Positions 27,115-35,690 of a stretch of 64,000 bases of DNA are shown one piece after another. A program made the translations under genes and the position numbers. The DNA is taken from positions 12,751 to 76,750 of the IMG/VR virus record IMGVR_UViG_3300017691_000006; one strand, given 5' to 3'. Positions within the stretch are counted from its first letter, which is position 1. Every line of letters starts with the position of its first letter. The notes under the pieces were generated by a model, which ran no database searches, was not told the origin of the DNA, and worked only from the letters and a program-made list of their open reading frames with translations. Source of the stretch: a virus. Taxonomy: Duplodnaviria; Caudoviricetes.

Positions 27115-27297
27115 GGTGTTGTTCCTACTTGAGGGCGTTTGAGACGACGGCGTTGACGTACTGGCTCTCGCTGCTGCTGGCGACGAAGCGGGCGTTGGCC
27201 CAGCTCCGTAGGTCCTGCAGAGCCTGCTGCTGTCGCGCGTTGGTGGCGATGAGCTCGACGACGTCGACCTCGACCTCCTCGCTGGCGATCTTGACGA

Positions 27298-27687
27298 TCA
27301 CTGGGCGTTCTCGAGGATGTAGTCGCCGATCTCCTCGAAGCTCTTCTGCTCGTCGTCGTTCATGCGGACGAAAATCATCATCGAGAAGCCCATGTCCGTG
27401 AGCAGCTGGTCCACAGCGTTTGGGTCGGAAGCTTGCTCGCGGTGCGTGCGGTGCTGCACGACCACCGGCGCGCCGAGGTGTGACACAGCCAGCACGTCCA
27501 GGCAGCAGTGCGCGGTCGCCTTACCGTCCTCGGTGCGGTGACTGTTGTTCCAGTTGCCGCGATTCTGCTCGAACTTACCGCTCTTGAGGTCGGCAGCCCA
27601 CCTCTCCGCGATCTTGCGGCTCTCGGTCTTCGGCACGCAGCTGTCGATACGGAACCAAGCTGCGATCTTCTTGAGGATGTTCTTCAT
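27298..27687 (-). CDS. hypothetical protein, paralog of 29924..30223
   Basis: L.SG.F.Q...CCL.VL...MND....F.EI.DY.; probable ATG at 27687. Confidence 0.6.
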   Translation of the reverse strand: MKNILKKIAAWFRIDSCVPKTESRKIAERWAADLKSGKFEQNRGNWNNSHRTEDGKATAHCCLDVLAVSHLGAPVVVQHRTHREQASDPNAVDQLLTDMGFSMMIFVRMNDDEQKSFEEIGDYILENAQ

Positions 27688-27745
27688 GGGGTCTCGCTTG
27701 ATGAAGGGTTGCCCTCCCACGGGATTGCGAGAGGGCGTGTGGTCG

Positions 27746-27955
27746 TCAGGCCGGGGCCATCGTCTGTTGGGTGTCGCGGAACTTCTCGACAGCGTCGCTG
27801 GCGAAGCCCATCGGGTCGGGCATGTCCAGCTCGCCGGCGGTCAGCAGGGCGTTGTTGAACACCTGGCTCTCGATCTCCTTGATCTTGTTGTTGTTGAAGC
27901 GCCGGAACTCGTTGATGCCCCGGTCGAACGTCGCGCGGTCGTTGAAGTCGAACAT
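27746..27955 (-). CDS. hypothetical protein
   Basis: 69 aa, typical codon bias. Confidence 0.5.
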   Translation of the reverse strand: MFDFNDRATFDRGINEFRRFNNNKIKEIESQVFNNALLTAGELDMPDPMGFASDAVEKFRDTQQTMAPA

Positions 27956-27956
27956 G

Positions 27957-28550
27957 TCAGCGGCGACCCGACGAGAATGACGACGAGCGGAAGCTGCTCG
28001 ACGACGAGTACGAGGGGCGGCTGTACGACGAGGACGAGCGGTACGAGCTGGTGTAGCTCGGGCGGCTGTAGGTGGTCCGGGTCGTCGTGGTCGTGCGCGA
28101 GTAGGAGTTCGGCGTCACGACGCGCGAGGTGCTGCCGTCGCTGTTGAACCGCACCGTCGACGCCTTGTTGACGTAGGGGCTGCGGTAGGTGCTCGGGTTG
28201 GCGATGCGGGTCACCGAGCGGTACGAGGCCGGCGAGCGGTGGATGATCGTGGTCTTCTGCGACACGATCGTGCGGTAGTTCTGGCGGTAGTAGTCGTGGC
28301 GCACCGGCGGGCGGTAGCCGCTGTAGTTCGGCGTCGGCTGCAGGTAGGTCTGTCCCGAGCCCATGCGGCCGATCATGTAGCCGGCCATGCCGTAGAGCAG
28401 GTACTGGCTGACGTCGCCGCCCGCGTTGCTGTACTGGCGGCACTCCGCCGGGTTGGTCGCCGCTGCGCACTGGTCACCGCCGCCCATCTGCGGGCCGCAG
28501 GCGGTCAGGGTCAGGACGGAGGCGACGGCTGCGATGATGATCTTCTTCAT
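27957..28550 (-). CDS. lipoprotein with Ser/Arg/Tyr/Thr-rich low-complexity C-terminus
   Basis: MKKIIIAAVASVLTLTAC signal with lipobox; tail ends SYSRPSYSSSSSFRSSSFSSGRR. Confidence 0.7.
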   Translation of the reverse strand: MKKIIIAAVASVLTLTACGPQMGGGDQCAAATNPAECRQYSNAGGDVSQYLLYGMAGYMIGRMGSGQTYLQPTPNYSGYRPPVRHDYYRQNYRTIVSQKTTIIHRSPASYRSVTRIANPSTYRSPYVNKASTVRFNSDGSTSRVVTPNSYSRTTTTTRTTYSRPSYTSSYRSSSSYSRPSYSSSSSFRSSSFSSGRR

Positions 28551-28577
28551 GTGATGGTCTTCCTTGTAGCTTGAGGT

Positions 28578-29012
28578 TCAGAGGGCGATGATGCGCGGGT
28601 TGCAGACCCAGGGCTCAGCGCCGGGTCGATCGCACAGGTTCTGCAGTTGCAGCAGGATGCTCTCGGCGGTCTCGAGGTCGTACGCCTCGACGCCGTCGAT
28701 GTCGAAGTTCTTCTCGCGGGTGACGTCGTTCATCAGCGAGTAGTTGCACTCCATCGAGAAGCTGTAGGAGCAGGCCGCAGCGTATACCGTCTTCCCGTTT
28801 TCGGACTGGTCCGTGAAATTGGAGGCGACATCGGCGGCGACCAGGTACTTGTTGCTCTCGGAGTAGGGGATGTAGTCGGCCGCCGTGATGACGATCTCCT
28901 CGTGCTCCGAGACGACCTCGACGGGGTGGCGGCGAACGTACAGCCAGACGCCGACGAAGCCGAGAAACAGGAGCGCGGTGGCGAAGAGCATGATCAGAGT
29001 CTTTGCGTGCAT
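28578..29012 (-). CDS. membrane-anchored hypothetical protein
   Basis: N-terminal TM helix, four Cys. Confidence 0.55.
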   Translation of the reverse strand: MHAKTLIMLFATALLFLGFVGVWLYVRRHPVEVVSEHEEIVITAADYIPYSESNKYLVAADVASNFTDQSENGKTVYAAACSYSFSMECNYSLMNDVTREKNFDIDGVEAYDLETAESILLQLQNLCDRPGAEPWVCNPRIIAL

Positions 29013-29016
29013 GGTG

Positions 29017-29400
29017 TCAGTAGTCCTTGCGTGCGAGTTGGGTGTGGGTGTAGGAGCGGACGGCCCGCAGCACGAGTATCTCCTTGCCCGGCATGAGCTT
29101 GGCGATACGCTGTGCCTCGGCGTCGGCCTTGTCGAGGTTCGGCTGGCGAACCTTCGGCTTCTCGCCGTCGGGGTTGAACACGAAGTACGTGCCCTGGCCT
29201 CCGCGCGTCAGCACCTTGCGGGTAAACTCGTTGTTGACGTCGTAGAGCGTGGCGGAGAGGGTCCCGCCTCCGCCGTGTAGCGGCCAGCGCAGCTCGTGGT
29301 TGGGCGCGATCATCGGGTTCTTACGCAGGTCGTTGACCAGCTCGCCCAACAGGTCGTCGCCCACGAACAGCTTGTGGGTGATACTGAGGTTATGGTCCAT
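29017..29400 (-). CDS. hypothetical protein
   Basis: 127 aa, typical codon bias. Confidence 0.55.
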   Translation of the reverse strand: MDHNLSITHKLFVGDDLLGELVNDLRKNPMIAPNHELRWPLHGGGGTLSATLYDVNNEFTRKVLTRGGQGTYFVFNPDGEKPKVRQPNLDKADAEAQRIAKLMPGKEILVLRAVRSYTHTQLARKDY

Positions 29401-29921
29401 CAGAGCACCCAGTAGGCGACCGACTGCAGCACGAAGCCGGCCAGCAGGGTGTAGCGCACGATGTTGTGGTGCCGCAAGCTAACGTAGCGGCGGTGCCAGC
29501 CCTCGTGGTCGGTGACGCTGTCGAACTCGATCTCCGCCGAGTGCCGGTCGGCGTGGGCGACATGGACGGTCACGCCGTCGTGCAGCACGTGGTCGGAGCG
29601 GCGCTCGTAGGCGTCCCGGAAGTAGTCGCGCTCCTTGATGATCACCTCGGTCGCGGCTGCGGCGACCTTGATGCCCTGCGCCGCCTCGTCCAGGCGGAGC
29701 GTGGTCTGCGCGATGGCAGCGCCCATACGGTCGCGGTGCAGCTGGTAGGCCAGCGAGTTGATGCTGATGGACCGACCCATCTGGTCGATGAGCATGTAGG
29801 ACGGCACGCCGGTCTGCACCAGCTTGTCGTTGCTGTAGACGTTGTAGTGGCCCTTGTCGGCCTCCTCGATGCGCACGGTGATGTCGCCTGCGATCAGGTA
29901 GCGGGTGGTCTCACGGGTCAT
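29400..29921 (-). CDS. hypothetical protein with C-terminal hydrophobic anchor
   Basis: Probable ATG at 29921; ORF track extends to 30005. Confidence 0.5.
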   Translation of the reverse strand: MTRETTRYLIAGDITVRIEEADKGHYNVYSNDKLVQTGVPSYMLIDQMGRSISINSLAYQLHRDRMGAAIAQTTLRLDEAAQGIKVAAAATEVIIKERDYFRDAYERRSDHVLHDGVTVHVAHADRHSAEIEFDSVTDHEGWHRRYVSLRHHNIVRYTLLAGFVLQSVAYWVL

Positions 29922-29923
29922 GT

Positions 29924-30223
29924 TCAGAACTTTTCCTCTACGTAGTCCGCGATCTGGGCGAACGTGAGCTCGTCCCGATCGTTCAGGTGTATGATAGTCA
30001 TGCATTGTTCGAGGGTAAGGGATGTTTTCCGCAGCACGTCAGTCCAGTGAACCGGCATCATGCTGGCGCCCACCTGTACGAGAGGTTCGTTCAGGGTTAG
30101 CAGCAGTACGCCCAGCGCGCAGGCGCAGCTGCGGTTCTCGGGGTCGACGTAGATGCGTCGTATCTGCTTGTAGCGCCCCGAGCGAAGGTTGGTGAGGAAT
30201 GCGGCCTTCACGTGCGGTGGCAT
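29924..30223 (-). CDS. hypothetical protein, paralog of 27298..27687
   Basis: LRSGRYKQ...CALGVL...LND...TFAQIADYVE; RBS GAGGAG. Confidence 0.6.
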   Translation of the reverse strand: MPPHVKAAFLTNLRSGRYKQIRRIYVDPENRSCACALGVLLLTLNEPLVQVGASMMPVHWTDVLRKTSLTLEQCMTIIHLNDRDELTFAQIADYVEEKF

Positions 30224-30260
30224 GGTTTCTCCTCTCGGCCGTAAAAAGTTTAGGTGGGAG

Positions 30261-30287
30261 GGTCAGTTTAGCGTCGTGACCAGGACG
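30261..30287 (-). ncRNA. H-type pseudoknot element, copy 1
   Basis: RNA CGUC-CUGGUCAC-GACG-CUAAAC-UGACC; loop GGUCA pairs with UGACC. Confidence 0.7.
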
Positions 30288-30293
30288 TGTTCG

Positions 30294-30881
30294 TTACGCG
30301 GTGTGGTGCCGCTTGCTCGCGGCCTTCCTCGCGGCCTTGGCCTTGCGGCGGCGGTCCCGGCGGTTGCCGGTGAAGACCTGCTCCGGCTCCTCGCCGAAGG
30401 CGGCGGTGGTCGGCTCGTCCATGTCGGCGAACTCGACCTCGCGGTCGTCCTCGTCGGGCTCCAGCGAGACCATCTGGAGACGGAGCTCCTCCACCAGCTC
30501 GGGGCTGATGTTCATGCCGATCTGCTTGAGCTTGGTGTCGATGATCGCTCGCGCAACCTCGTGGCTGAGCGTCGGGTCCTTGAGCTGGTCAGCAGCGGAC
30601 GCGATGTGGAGGTCTGCGGGGACGAGACCAGCGGCCTCCATCTGCGCGCTGAACGGCTCCAGCTCACCCCTGTCGACCAGGAAGAGCTCAGCGCCCTCCG
30701 GCAGTGCGAGCGCCTCCTCGGAGGTCTCCACCTCGACCAGGCCGTCCTCGTTGTGCGTGCAGAGAGCGTACCACTTGTTCGAGAGACCCTCCTCGACCAG
30801 CTCCACGGTCGCTGCGGGCTTGCCCTTGGCGATCAGGAACAGGTTGGCGACGAGCGCGCTGTCGTAGTTCTTCATGTGCAT
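30294..30881 (-). CDS. acidic hypothetical protein with basic C-terminal tail
   Basis: About 195 aa; ends NRRDRRRKAKAARKAASKRHHTA. Confidence 0.6.
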   Translation of the reverse strand: MHMKNYDSALVANLFLIAKGKPAATVELVEEGLSNKWYALCTHNEDGLVEVETSEEALALPEGAELFLVDRGELEPFSAQMEAAGLVPADLHIASAADQLKDPTLSHEVARAIIDTKLKQIGMNISPELVEELRLQMVSLEPDEDDREVEFADMDEPTTAAFGEEPEQVFTGNRRDRRRKAKAARKAASKRHHTA

Positions 30882-30910
30882 TCTCACTTGAGGTTGTTAG
30901 TGGTGGGTCA

Positions 30911-30938
30911 AGCCAGTTTAGCGTCGTGGCTCAGGACG
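30911..30938 (-). ncRNA. H-type pseudoknot element, copy 2
   Basis: RNA CGUC-CUGAGCCAC-GACG-CUAAAC-UGGCU; AGCCA pairs with UGGCU. Confidence 0.7.
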
Positions 30939-31009
30939 TCACAGCCGTTTGCGTGCGGCATTTTACTCTGGTATCGTTTGGGGTTGTTGAACTTACTTCA
31001 TGATAACCT

Positions 31010-31045
31010 CCTAGGTGTTTCATATAAGATGCTCAGTTCTGCGCG
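31010..31045 (-). promoter_or_regulatory. class B conserved motif, divergent copy
   Basis: Plus strand CCTAGGTGTTTCATATAAGAT-10 nt-GCGCG, same spacing as the three closer copies. Confidence 0.6.
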
Positions 31046-31326
31046 AGCCACTCCTCGACGTGCTGGACCGACACGAGGCCGATCTTGCTGCCCATCAGCA
31101 CCCCGTTCTTGAACAGGTACAGGGTGGGCACGGCCCGGAGCTCCAGCTCCTTGGCCACCAGCGCGTTCTCGGTGACGTCGCAGACGAGCACGTCCTCGCG
31201 GTCGGACAGGCGTTCACCCATCTCGACCGCCAGGTTGGACCAGTCGGTGCGGCAAAGCAGCATCACCCTCCCCGCGCGCTGCTTCACCTTCGCCTCGAAG
31301 TTGGCGTCCGTTACGGCCTCAGGCAC
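31033..31326 (-). CDS. thioredoxin-fold protein lacking CxxC
   Basis: AVTDANFEAKV start, VCDVTEN..VAKELELRAVPTLYLFKNG cis-Pro motif; WCxxC replaced by CRTDWSN. Confidence 0.65.
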   Translation of the reverse strand: MPEAVTDANFEAKVKQRAGRVMLLCRTDWSNLAVEMGERLSDREDVLVCDVTENALVAKELELRAVPTLYLFKNGVLMGSKIGLVSVQHVEEWLAQN

Positions 31327-31645
31327 TCAGCCGCACCTGCACGGGAGCGGACATCTCGCGGATGTCCAGCTCCGCCTCGATGGCGTGCTTGAAGTGTACG
31401 CCGTGCACCGTGATGCGGTAGACCTCGGGACCGACCTCCTTGATGAGGCCGTACTTCAGCAGCTCCTGGATGGAGCGCGCCGACGGGGTGTTAGCCATGA
31501 CGAGCTTCTTCTCGCCGGTCGCCAGCACGTCCTTCTGGAGGTCAGTCACCGTGAAGGGCTTGTTGATGGGAGCCCTGCTCAAGCACAACATCGTGCCTAA
31601 GCTAACCTTGTTGATCAATGCGTGGAAACCGGTAAGCATATTCAT
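31319..31645 (-). CDS. hypothetical protein, possibly winged-helix
   Basis: SIQELLKYGLIKEVGPEVYRIT pattern; probable ATG at 31645. Confidence 0.45.
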   Translation of the reverse strand: MNMLTGFHALINKVSLGTMLCLSRAPINKPFTVTDLQKDVLATGEKKLVMANTPSARSIQELLKYGLIKEVGPEVYRITVHGVHFKHAIEAELDIREMSAPVQVRLSA

Positions 31646-31658
31646 ATCTCCTCTTGGA

Positions 31659-31961
31659 TCAATCGACCTCAATGATGAGGTTCTCGTGGCCATGTTTGTG
31701 GAGGTAGGCCACCCTGTCCTCGTAGCTCATGTTGTCGAGCTCGGCCTGGTTGGACCGTCGAACGAAGGCGTTGACTTGTTTCTCTGCGAAGGCGTTCACC
31801 ATCCGCTGCAGGTCCTGGGGCATGCCGCCCCGGATGATCTGCTCCATCACGTCCTGGCTGATGTCGTCCCGCGCGTGAAGGCTCACGTTCGGTGCGATCA
31901 TGCCGCGGACTCTCTCCTCTACCTCAACTGCCTGTCTGTTCAACATACCACCCCACTCCAC
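31659..31961 (-). CDS. hypothetical protein
   Basis: About 95-100 aa. Confidence 0.5.
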   Translation of the reverse strand: MEWGGMLNRQAVEVEERVRGMIAPNVSLHARDDISQDVMEQIIRGGMPQDLQRMVNAFAEKQVNAFVRRSNQAELDNMSYEDRVAYLHKHGHENLIIEVD

Positions 31962-32026
31962 TCAGTTTGTTGTTGCTGCGGTTGTACTTGCACTATCCCA
32001 CTTGGGCTTTGTCCTTTCATATGGTG

Positions 32027-32287
32027 TTACTGCAGCATATGCAGCTGCGACTCGGCCCGCATGCGCAGGTCGAGAACGGACTCCACCTCCGACGCCTCGC
32101 GGCTCGGGGTCGAGATGTTGAGCACGGGAGGGCCTGCGGGCTTGTGGTCGACCTGCTGGTCGCCCTCGCTCGCCGTGCGTGTCTTGGTGAACTGGTCGAG
32201 CTGCAGCTCAGCTACAACTCCGTTGATGGCGACGACCGCGCCGGGATCGAATTGTTCGAGAAGGTGAATCAGCTGGTGGTTGCGCAT
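32027..32287 (-). CDS. hypothetical protein
   Basis: 86 aa, ATG after CAGG. Confidence 0.45.
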   Translation of the reverse strand: MRNHQLIHLLEQFDPGAVVAINGVVAELQLDQFTKTRTASEGDQQVDHKPAGPPVLNISTPSREASEVESVLDLRMRAESQLHMLQ

Positions 32288-32300
32288 GTTGCCTGCATTT

Positions 32301-32332
32301 AAAAGGGAGTGACACCCGAAGGCATCACTCCC
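32301..32332 (-). terminator. intrinsic terminator
   Basis: GGGAGTGATGCC-TTCG-GGTGTCACTCCC-TTTT. Confidence 0.8.
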
Positions 32333-32342
32333 GTAGTTGTCG

Positions 32343-32630
32343 TCAGAGCGTCTCGAACACCGCCTCGAGCTCGTCCTTGAGCGGGTGGTCCGCTGCGACG
32401 GCTGCGCGCTGGAACACGTCGCGTCGCTCCTCGGAGCCCTCGACCCAGGGCACCAGCACGGACATGATCGAGGCGACGTCGCTCGCCCTATTCTCCGGGT
32501 GGTCCCGGAAGTGACGCGTCATCACGGTCACGGCGTTCTCGCCGGCGTCGGAGACCACGGCCTCGTCCACCTTCGGCGACACCGCCGCGTCGTCGATCAC
32601 GATGTCGTTCGCGTCGTTTTCATCGGCCAT
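32343..32630 (-). CDS. acidic hypothetical protein
   Basis: 95 aa, RBS GAGGA. Confidence 0.6.
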   Translation of the reverse strand: MADENDANDIVIDDAAVSPKVDEAVVSDAGENAVTVMTRHFRDHPENRASDVASIMSVLVPWVEGSEERRDVFQRAAVAADHPLKDELEAVFETL

Positions 32631-32871
32631 TCTTCTTGTCTTCCTCTTCGAGTAGCTTCCTGAGGTCCTCGTAGCCGCCGACGTGGCGACCTCCCATGAA
32701 GACCTGTGGTACGGTGGTGAAGCCGGCGCCTACCAGGAACTCCTTGAACTTGGAGTCCTGGCTGTAGTTGAACAAGCCGACACCCACACCGCGGCTAAGC
32801 AGAAGGTCCTTAGCCCTGTCACACCACTCACAGTTGTCGCGGGTGACAATCACGGCACAGTTGTTATTCAT
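32620..32871 (-). CDS. glutaredoxin (NrdH/Grx-like)
   Basis: CEWC active site, TVPQVF, GGYEDL; probable ATG at 32871. Confidence 0.85.
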   Translation of the reverse strand: MNNNCAVIVTRDNCEWCDRAKDLLLSRGVGVGLFNYSQDSKFKEFLVGAGFTTVPQVFMGGRHVGGYEDLRKLLEEEDKKNGR

Positions 32872-33089
32872 TTTCGAGCAGTTCCTGCAGTGTTCGTCGA
32901 GGCCGTACTCGCGGAGTCCGCATGGTCCACAGGCCATACTTGTTTGCCCTCCTTGATGTCGAAGATGGTCGCGCCCTCCCTCAGCGCCTTGGCGTACGAG
33001 AGGGCGGCGCAGTACAGTTTGAATGCCGTTTGGCCGTAGGTCCAGTCGTCGTCGTGTCCGGAGACGCGGTAACGGTTAACCTTGAACAA
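32868..33089 (-). CDS. hypothetical protein
   Basis: Probable TTG at 33089 after GAGAGG. Confidence 0.4.
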   Translation of the reverse strand: MFKVNRYRVSGHDDDWTYGQTAFKLYCAALSYAKALREGATIFDIKEGKQVWPVDHADSASTASTNTAGTARK

Positions 33090-33582
33090 GCGGCCTCTCC
33101 CTGAACTTCTCCCACAGGGGCCACAGGTCGACGACCTGGACACCCTGCTCGCGAGCGTAGCGTACGGTGTACTCGGAGCCGCCGGTGCCGCTCGATAGCG
33201 ACAGCAGCTTCTGGCTCTCGTCGACCATCTGCCGGTTGCGCTTGAGGTACGCGTCGTCGGTGAAGGTGGGCGACGTCACCGTCACCGTCTCGCACCTAGC
33301 CAGCAGCCGCCTGTAGCGCGTCTGCGCGTCGGCTGGCCAGTGGCGCTCCTGCCCCTCGAACGGCACCCTGGCGTGCACGGGGATACCCAGGACGACGCAA
33401 GCGTCGCACACCGCCTGGTCCCAGCCCTGCGCCATGCCTTGCACGACGTGGAACGCCGTGTCCTGCTCGGCGACCTCGTTGTTGAGGATCAGCCGCGCGA
33501 AGGCGTACAGCTTGTTGCGGCCCTCGATGGAGTAGCCGCCCAGCTTCTCGGGCCTGTGACCCGTCACGGAGAGGCGCATCAT
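33076..33582 (-). CDS. SLOG-superfamily protein (YspA/DUF2493-like)
   Basis: VTGHRPEKL, GMAQGWD, VPFEGQE..W, YLKRNRQMVD.S, SGGSEYTVRYA motifs. Confidence 0.8.
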   Translation of the reverse strand: MMRLSVTGHRPEKLGGYSIEGRNKLYAFARLILNNEVAEQDTAFHVVQGMAQGWDQAVCDACVVLGIPVHARVPFEGQERHWPADAQTRYRRLLARCETVTVTSPTFTDDAYLKRNRQMVDESQKLLSLSSGTGGSEYTVRYAREQGVQVVDLWPLWEKFRERPLVQG

Positions 33583-33782
33583 GTGCGCTTCTGCCTCACG
33601 CCGCCGGGAACGCACCGGTCGATGCGCTCCTTGAGGTCGTCGTAGGTGATGTTCACCATCAGCGACTTGCCGGAGACCATCGTGATCTCGCAGTCGGTGG
33701 CGCCGGGATAGATGAACTCGACGTTGTCGAAGTTCACCATCGTCATCTTGCCGGTGTAGCGGAGGGGTAGCTCAATTACCAT
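33579..33782 (-). CDS. hypothetical protein
   Basis: 67 aa. Confidence 0.5.
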   Translation of the reverse strand: MVIELPLRYTGKMTMVNFDNVEFIYPGATDCEITMVSGKSLMVNITYDDLKERIDRCVPGGVRQKRT

Positions 33783-33966
33783 CGTAGATGCACTCCATGC
33801 TCATGAAGTGGCGGTACAGCATGATCATCTTGCCGCCGTGGAACAGACGGAGCACGCCCCTGTCGTCGCAGCCGTGGTTGTCGACAGTGTGCTCGGTGAC
33901 GCGGTTCTCGTGGGTGACCTTCACCTTGTAGGGCTTGGTCTCGCGGATCATGATATTCAAGCTCAT
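33772..33966 (-). CDS. hypothetical protein
   Basis: 64 aa, ATGA overlap. Confidence 0.5.
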   Translation of the reverse strand: MSLNIMIRETKPYKVKVTHENRVTEHTVDNHGCDDRGVLRLFHGGKMIMLYRHFMSMECIYDGN

Positions 33967-34670
33967 AGGAAGATGTCCTTGGCACTTACCTTGGCAGACA
34001 CAGGTTGCTTCTGAGCGACCGGCTCGGGCTGCCGTACCGGCTCCTTCGGGGTGAAGAAGCTCATGTCCAGGTCGCTGTAGTCGACGGTGGCCGCCACCGC
34101 CTTCTTGACCTCCTTGTACGCGATCACCCAGTCGGGCTGCGCGCGGTTGGTCCAGTTGTTGCCGTTGATCTTCTCGGCCAGGTAGTAGGCCCGGTACGCC
34201 TGCATCGTGTTCTCCCGGTCCATCGGGTCACGCTTGTAGACGTCCGGCACGCATGCTTTCGGCGTCGTGTGGTTGAGGATGACGAACTTGCTCAACCAGT
34301 ACTTCATGGCGGGCACGATCACTCGCGCTCGCTCGAACTTGTCCGGGTTGCCTGGGTAGCGATAGTCGTACTCGTTGACCATCGCTCGGAGGTGGTCCAC
34401 CAGCCAGCTCACGTTCCCGAGGCCCTCGTTCAGCCAGAGGGCGGCGGGGTGGTTGGCGTGGGACAGCCCCGTCCAGGGCACGTCCGGAGCCTTGTCGGGC
34501 ACCAGGTCGGTCTCCACGAACTGGTGCGTCTCGTCGTCGTGCGGGCCGGTGTATCGGCTGGCCCACACGGACAGCAGCTGGCACGATTCGGATATCATTT
34601 TGATGATATGCCGGTCATGCAGCGCGATAGCTGCTTTTGCAGGGTCTTTATCGACGTAGAATATATTCAC
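33963..34670 (-). CDS. pyrimidine-dimer DNA glycosylase-like protein (DenV-related)
   Basis: MNIF.VD.DP..AA..L.D.H..KM..E..QLLS and H.NHP...W signature. Confidence 0.8.
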   Translation of the reverse strand: MNIFYVDKDPAKAAIALHDRHIIKMISESCQLLSVWASRYTGPHDDETHQFVETDLVPDKAPDVPWTGLSHANHPAALWLNEGLGNVSWLVDHLRAMVNEYDYRYPGNPDKFERARVIVPAMKYWLSKFVILNHTTPKACVPDVYKRDPMDRENTMQAYRAYYLAEKINGNNWTNRAQPDWVIAYKEVKKAVAATVDYSDLDMSFFTPKEPVRQPEPVAQKQPVSAKVSAKDIFL

Positions 34671-35173
34671 AGGCCAAGTAGCTCCATCTGGCTGGCTTTG
34701 GCTTTACTGTAAGCTGCCTCAGCCTCCTCGGGCGTGTTGAAGTGCCCGAGATTCTTCTTTTGGAAAGTTGCGCGCCACTTGGCTGTAGAGGGTACGAAGG
34801 ACACACCTAGTATTCCGGTGAGACTGTCCTTGTGAGCAACCACGTTGAGCATGTTGCCAGCTCTCGTGACCAACCGCAGGTTCTCAATGCGGTTGTTGCT
34901 CTTGTTTTGATCTATATGATCTATGTCCATCCCTGCAGGGATAGGTCCGTTGTGCATTATCCAGACCAGCTGGTGCACTCTGAACTTCTTACCCAGCAGG
35001 GTGGTCTGTACGTAGCCTTGCCCGTCGTCGCTGCCTACCCGGCTACCAACCTTAACACGATTACTGGTAGACACGAGCCAGAACAGCTCTCCTTCCTTGT
35101 ACTCAAAGAAGTAGGCTAGGTCCTCAGGGCTGAACTGCACCCTGGGGCGGCACGTGGTTGTTGTGGTATTCAC
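34667..35173 (-). mobile_element. free-standing HNH homing endonuclease with C-terminal AP2-like DNA-binding region
   Basis: HQLVWIMHNG...DIDHIDQNKSNNRIENLRLVT; KWRATF..LGHFNT.EEA..AY; codon usage visibly less GC-biased than neighbours. Confidence 0.88.
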
Positions 35174-35690
35174 TGCTGTGCACCGGGCCGTCCTTCGTGT
35201 GGAAGAACCACGCCTTCTCCTTGCGGAGGGTGGCGAACAGCGAGAGGCAGTCCTTGGACGTGTACACGATCGCGTGCACGGACTCGGCGCTGCGGAGGAC
35301 GACGTCGCCCGCGCTGCGCCACTCGGTCGAGATCAGCTTGTTGGTGCCGGCCTCGTACATCGCCTCGCAGTACTTGCCGCGCACCACCAGCGTGGCGTTG
35401 GACCACGGGTGGCAGTGCGGGTCGTCCGCGTCGCTTCGGGCGTACTCGTGCAGGTAGACGTTCTCCAGCTCGGAGTGCATCCACCCGGAGAAGCCCAGCT
35501 GCTTCGCGGGGTCGTCGTAGATCGGGACGACGGCCTTTCGGGCCAGCATCCAGCGGTTGATGTACGCCGAACCGTTGCGCATGATCGGCTGGTTCGGCGC
35601 GCGGTCCCGCATGACGGCCTCGCAGGCGGAGCGGATCAGTCCCGTCAGCTCGGGCGTCACCGCTTGCGGCAGGTAGCGGAAGTCATTCAT
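35124..35690 (-). CDS. cupin-fold protein
   Basis: YLHEY..SD.DDPHCHPW..ATLVVRGKY.E and VHAIV motifs. Confidence 0.65.
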   Translation of the reverse strand: MNDFRYLPQAVTPELTGLIRSACEAVMRDRAPNQPIMRNGSAYINRWMLARKAVVPIYDDPAKQLGFSGWMHSELENVYLHEYARSDADDPHCHPWSNATLVVRGKYCEAMYEAGTNKLISTEWRSAGDVVLRSAESVHAIVYTSKDCLSLFATLRKEKAWFFHTKDGPVHSSEYHNNHVPPQGAVQP

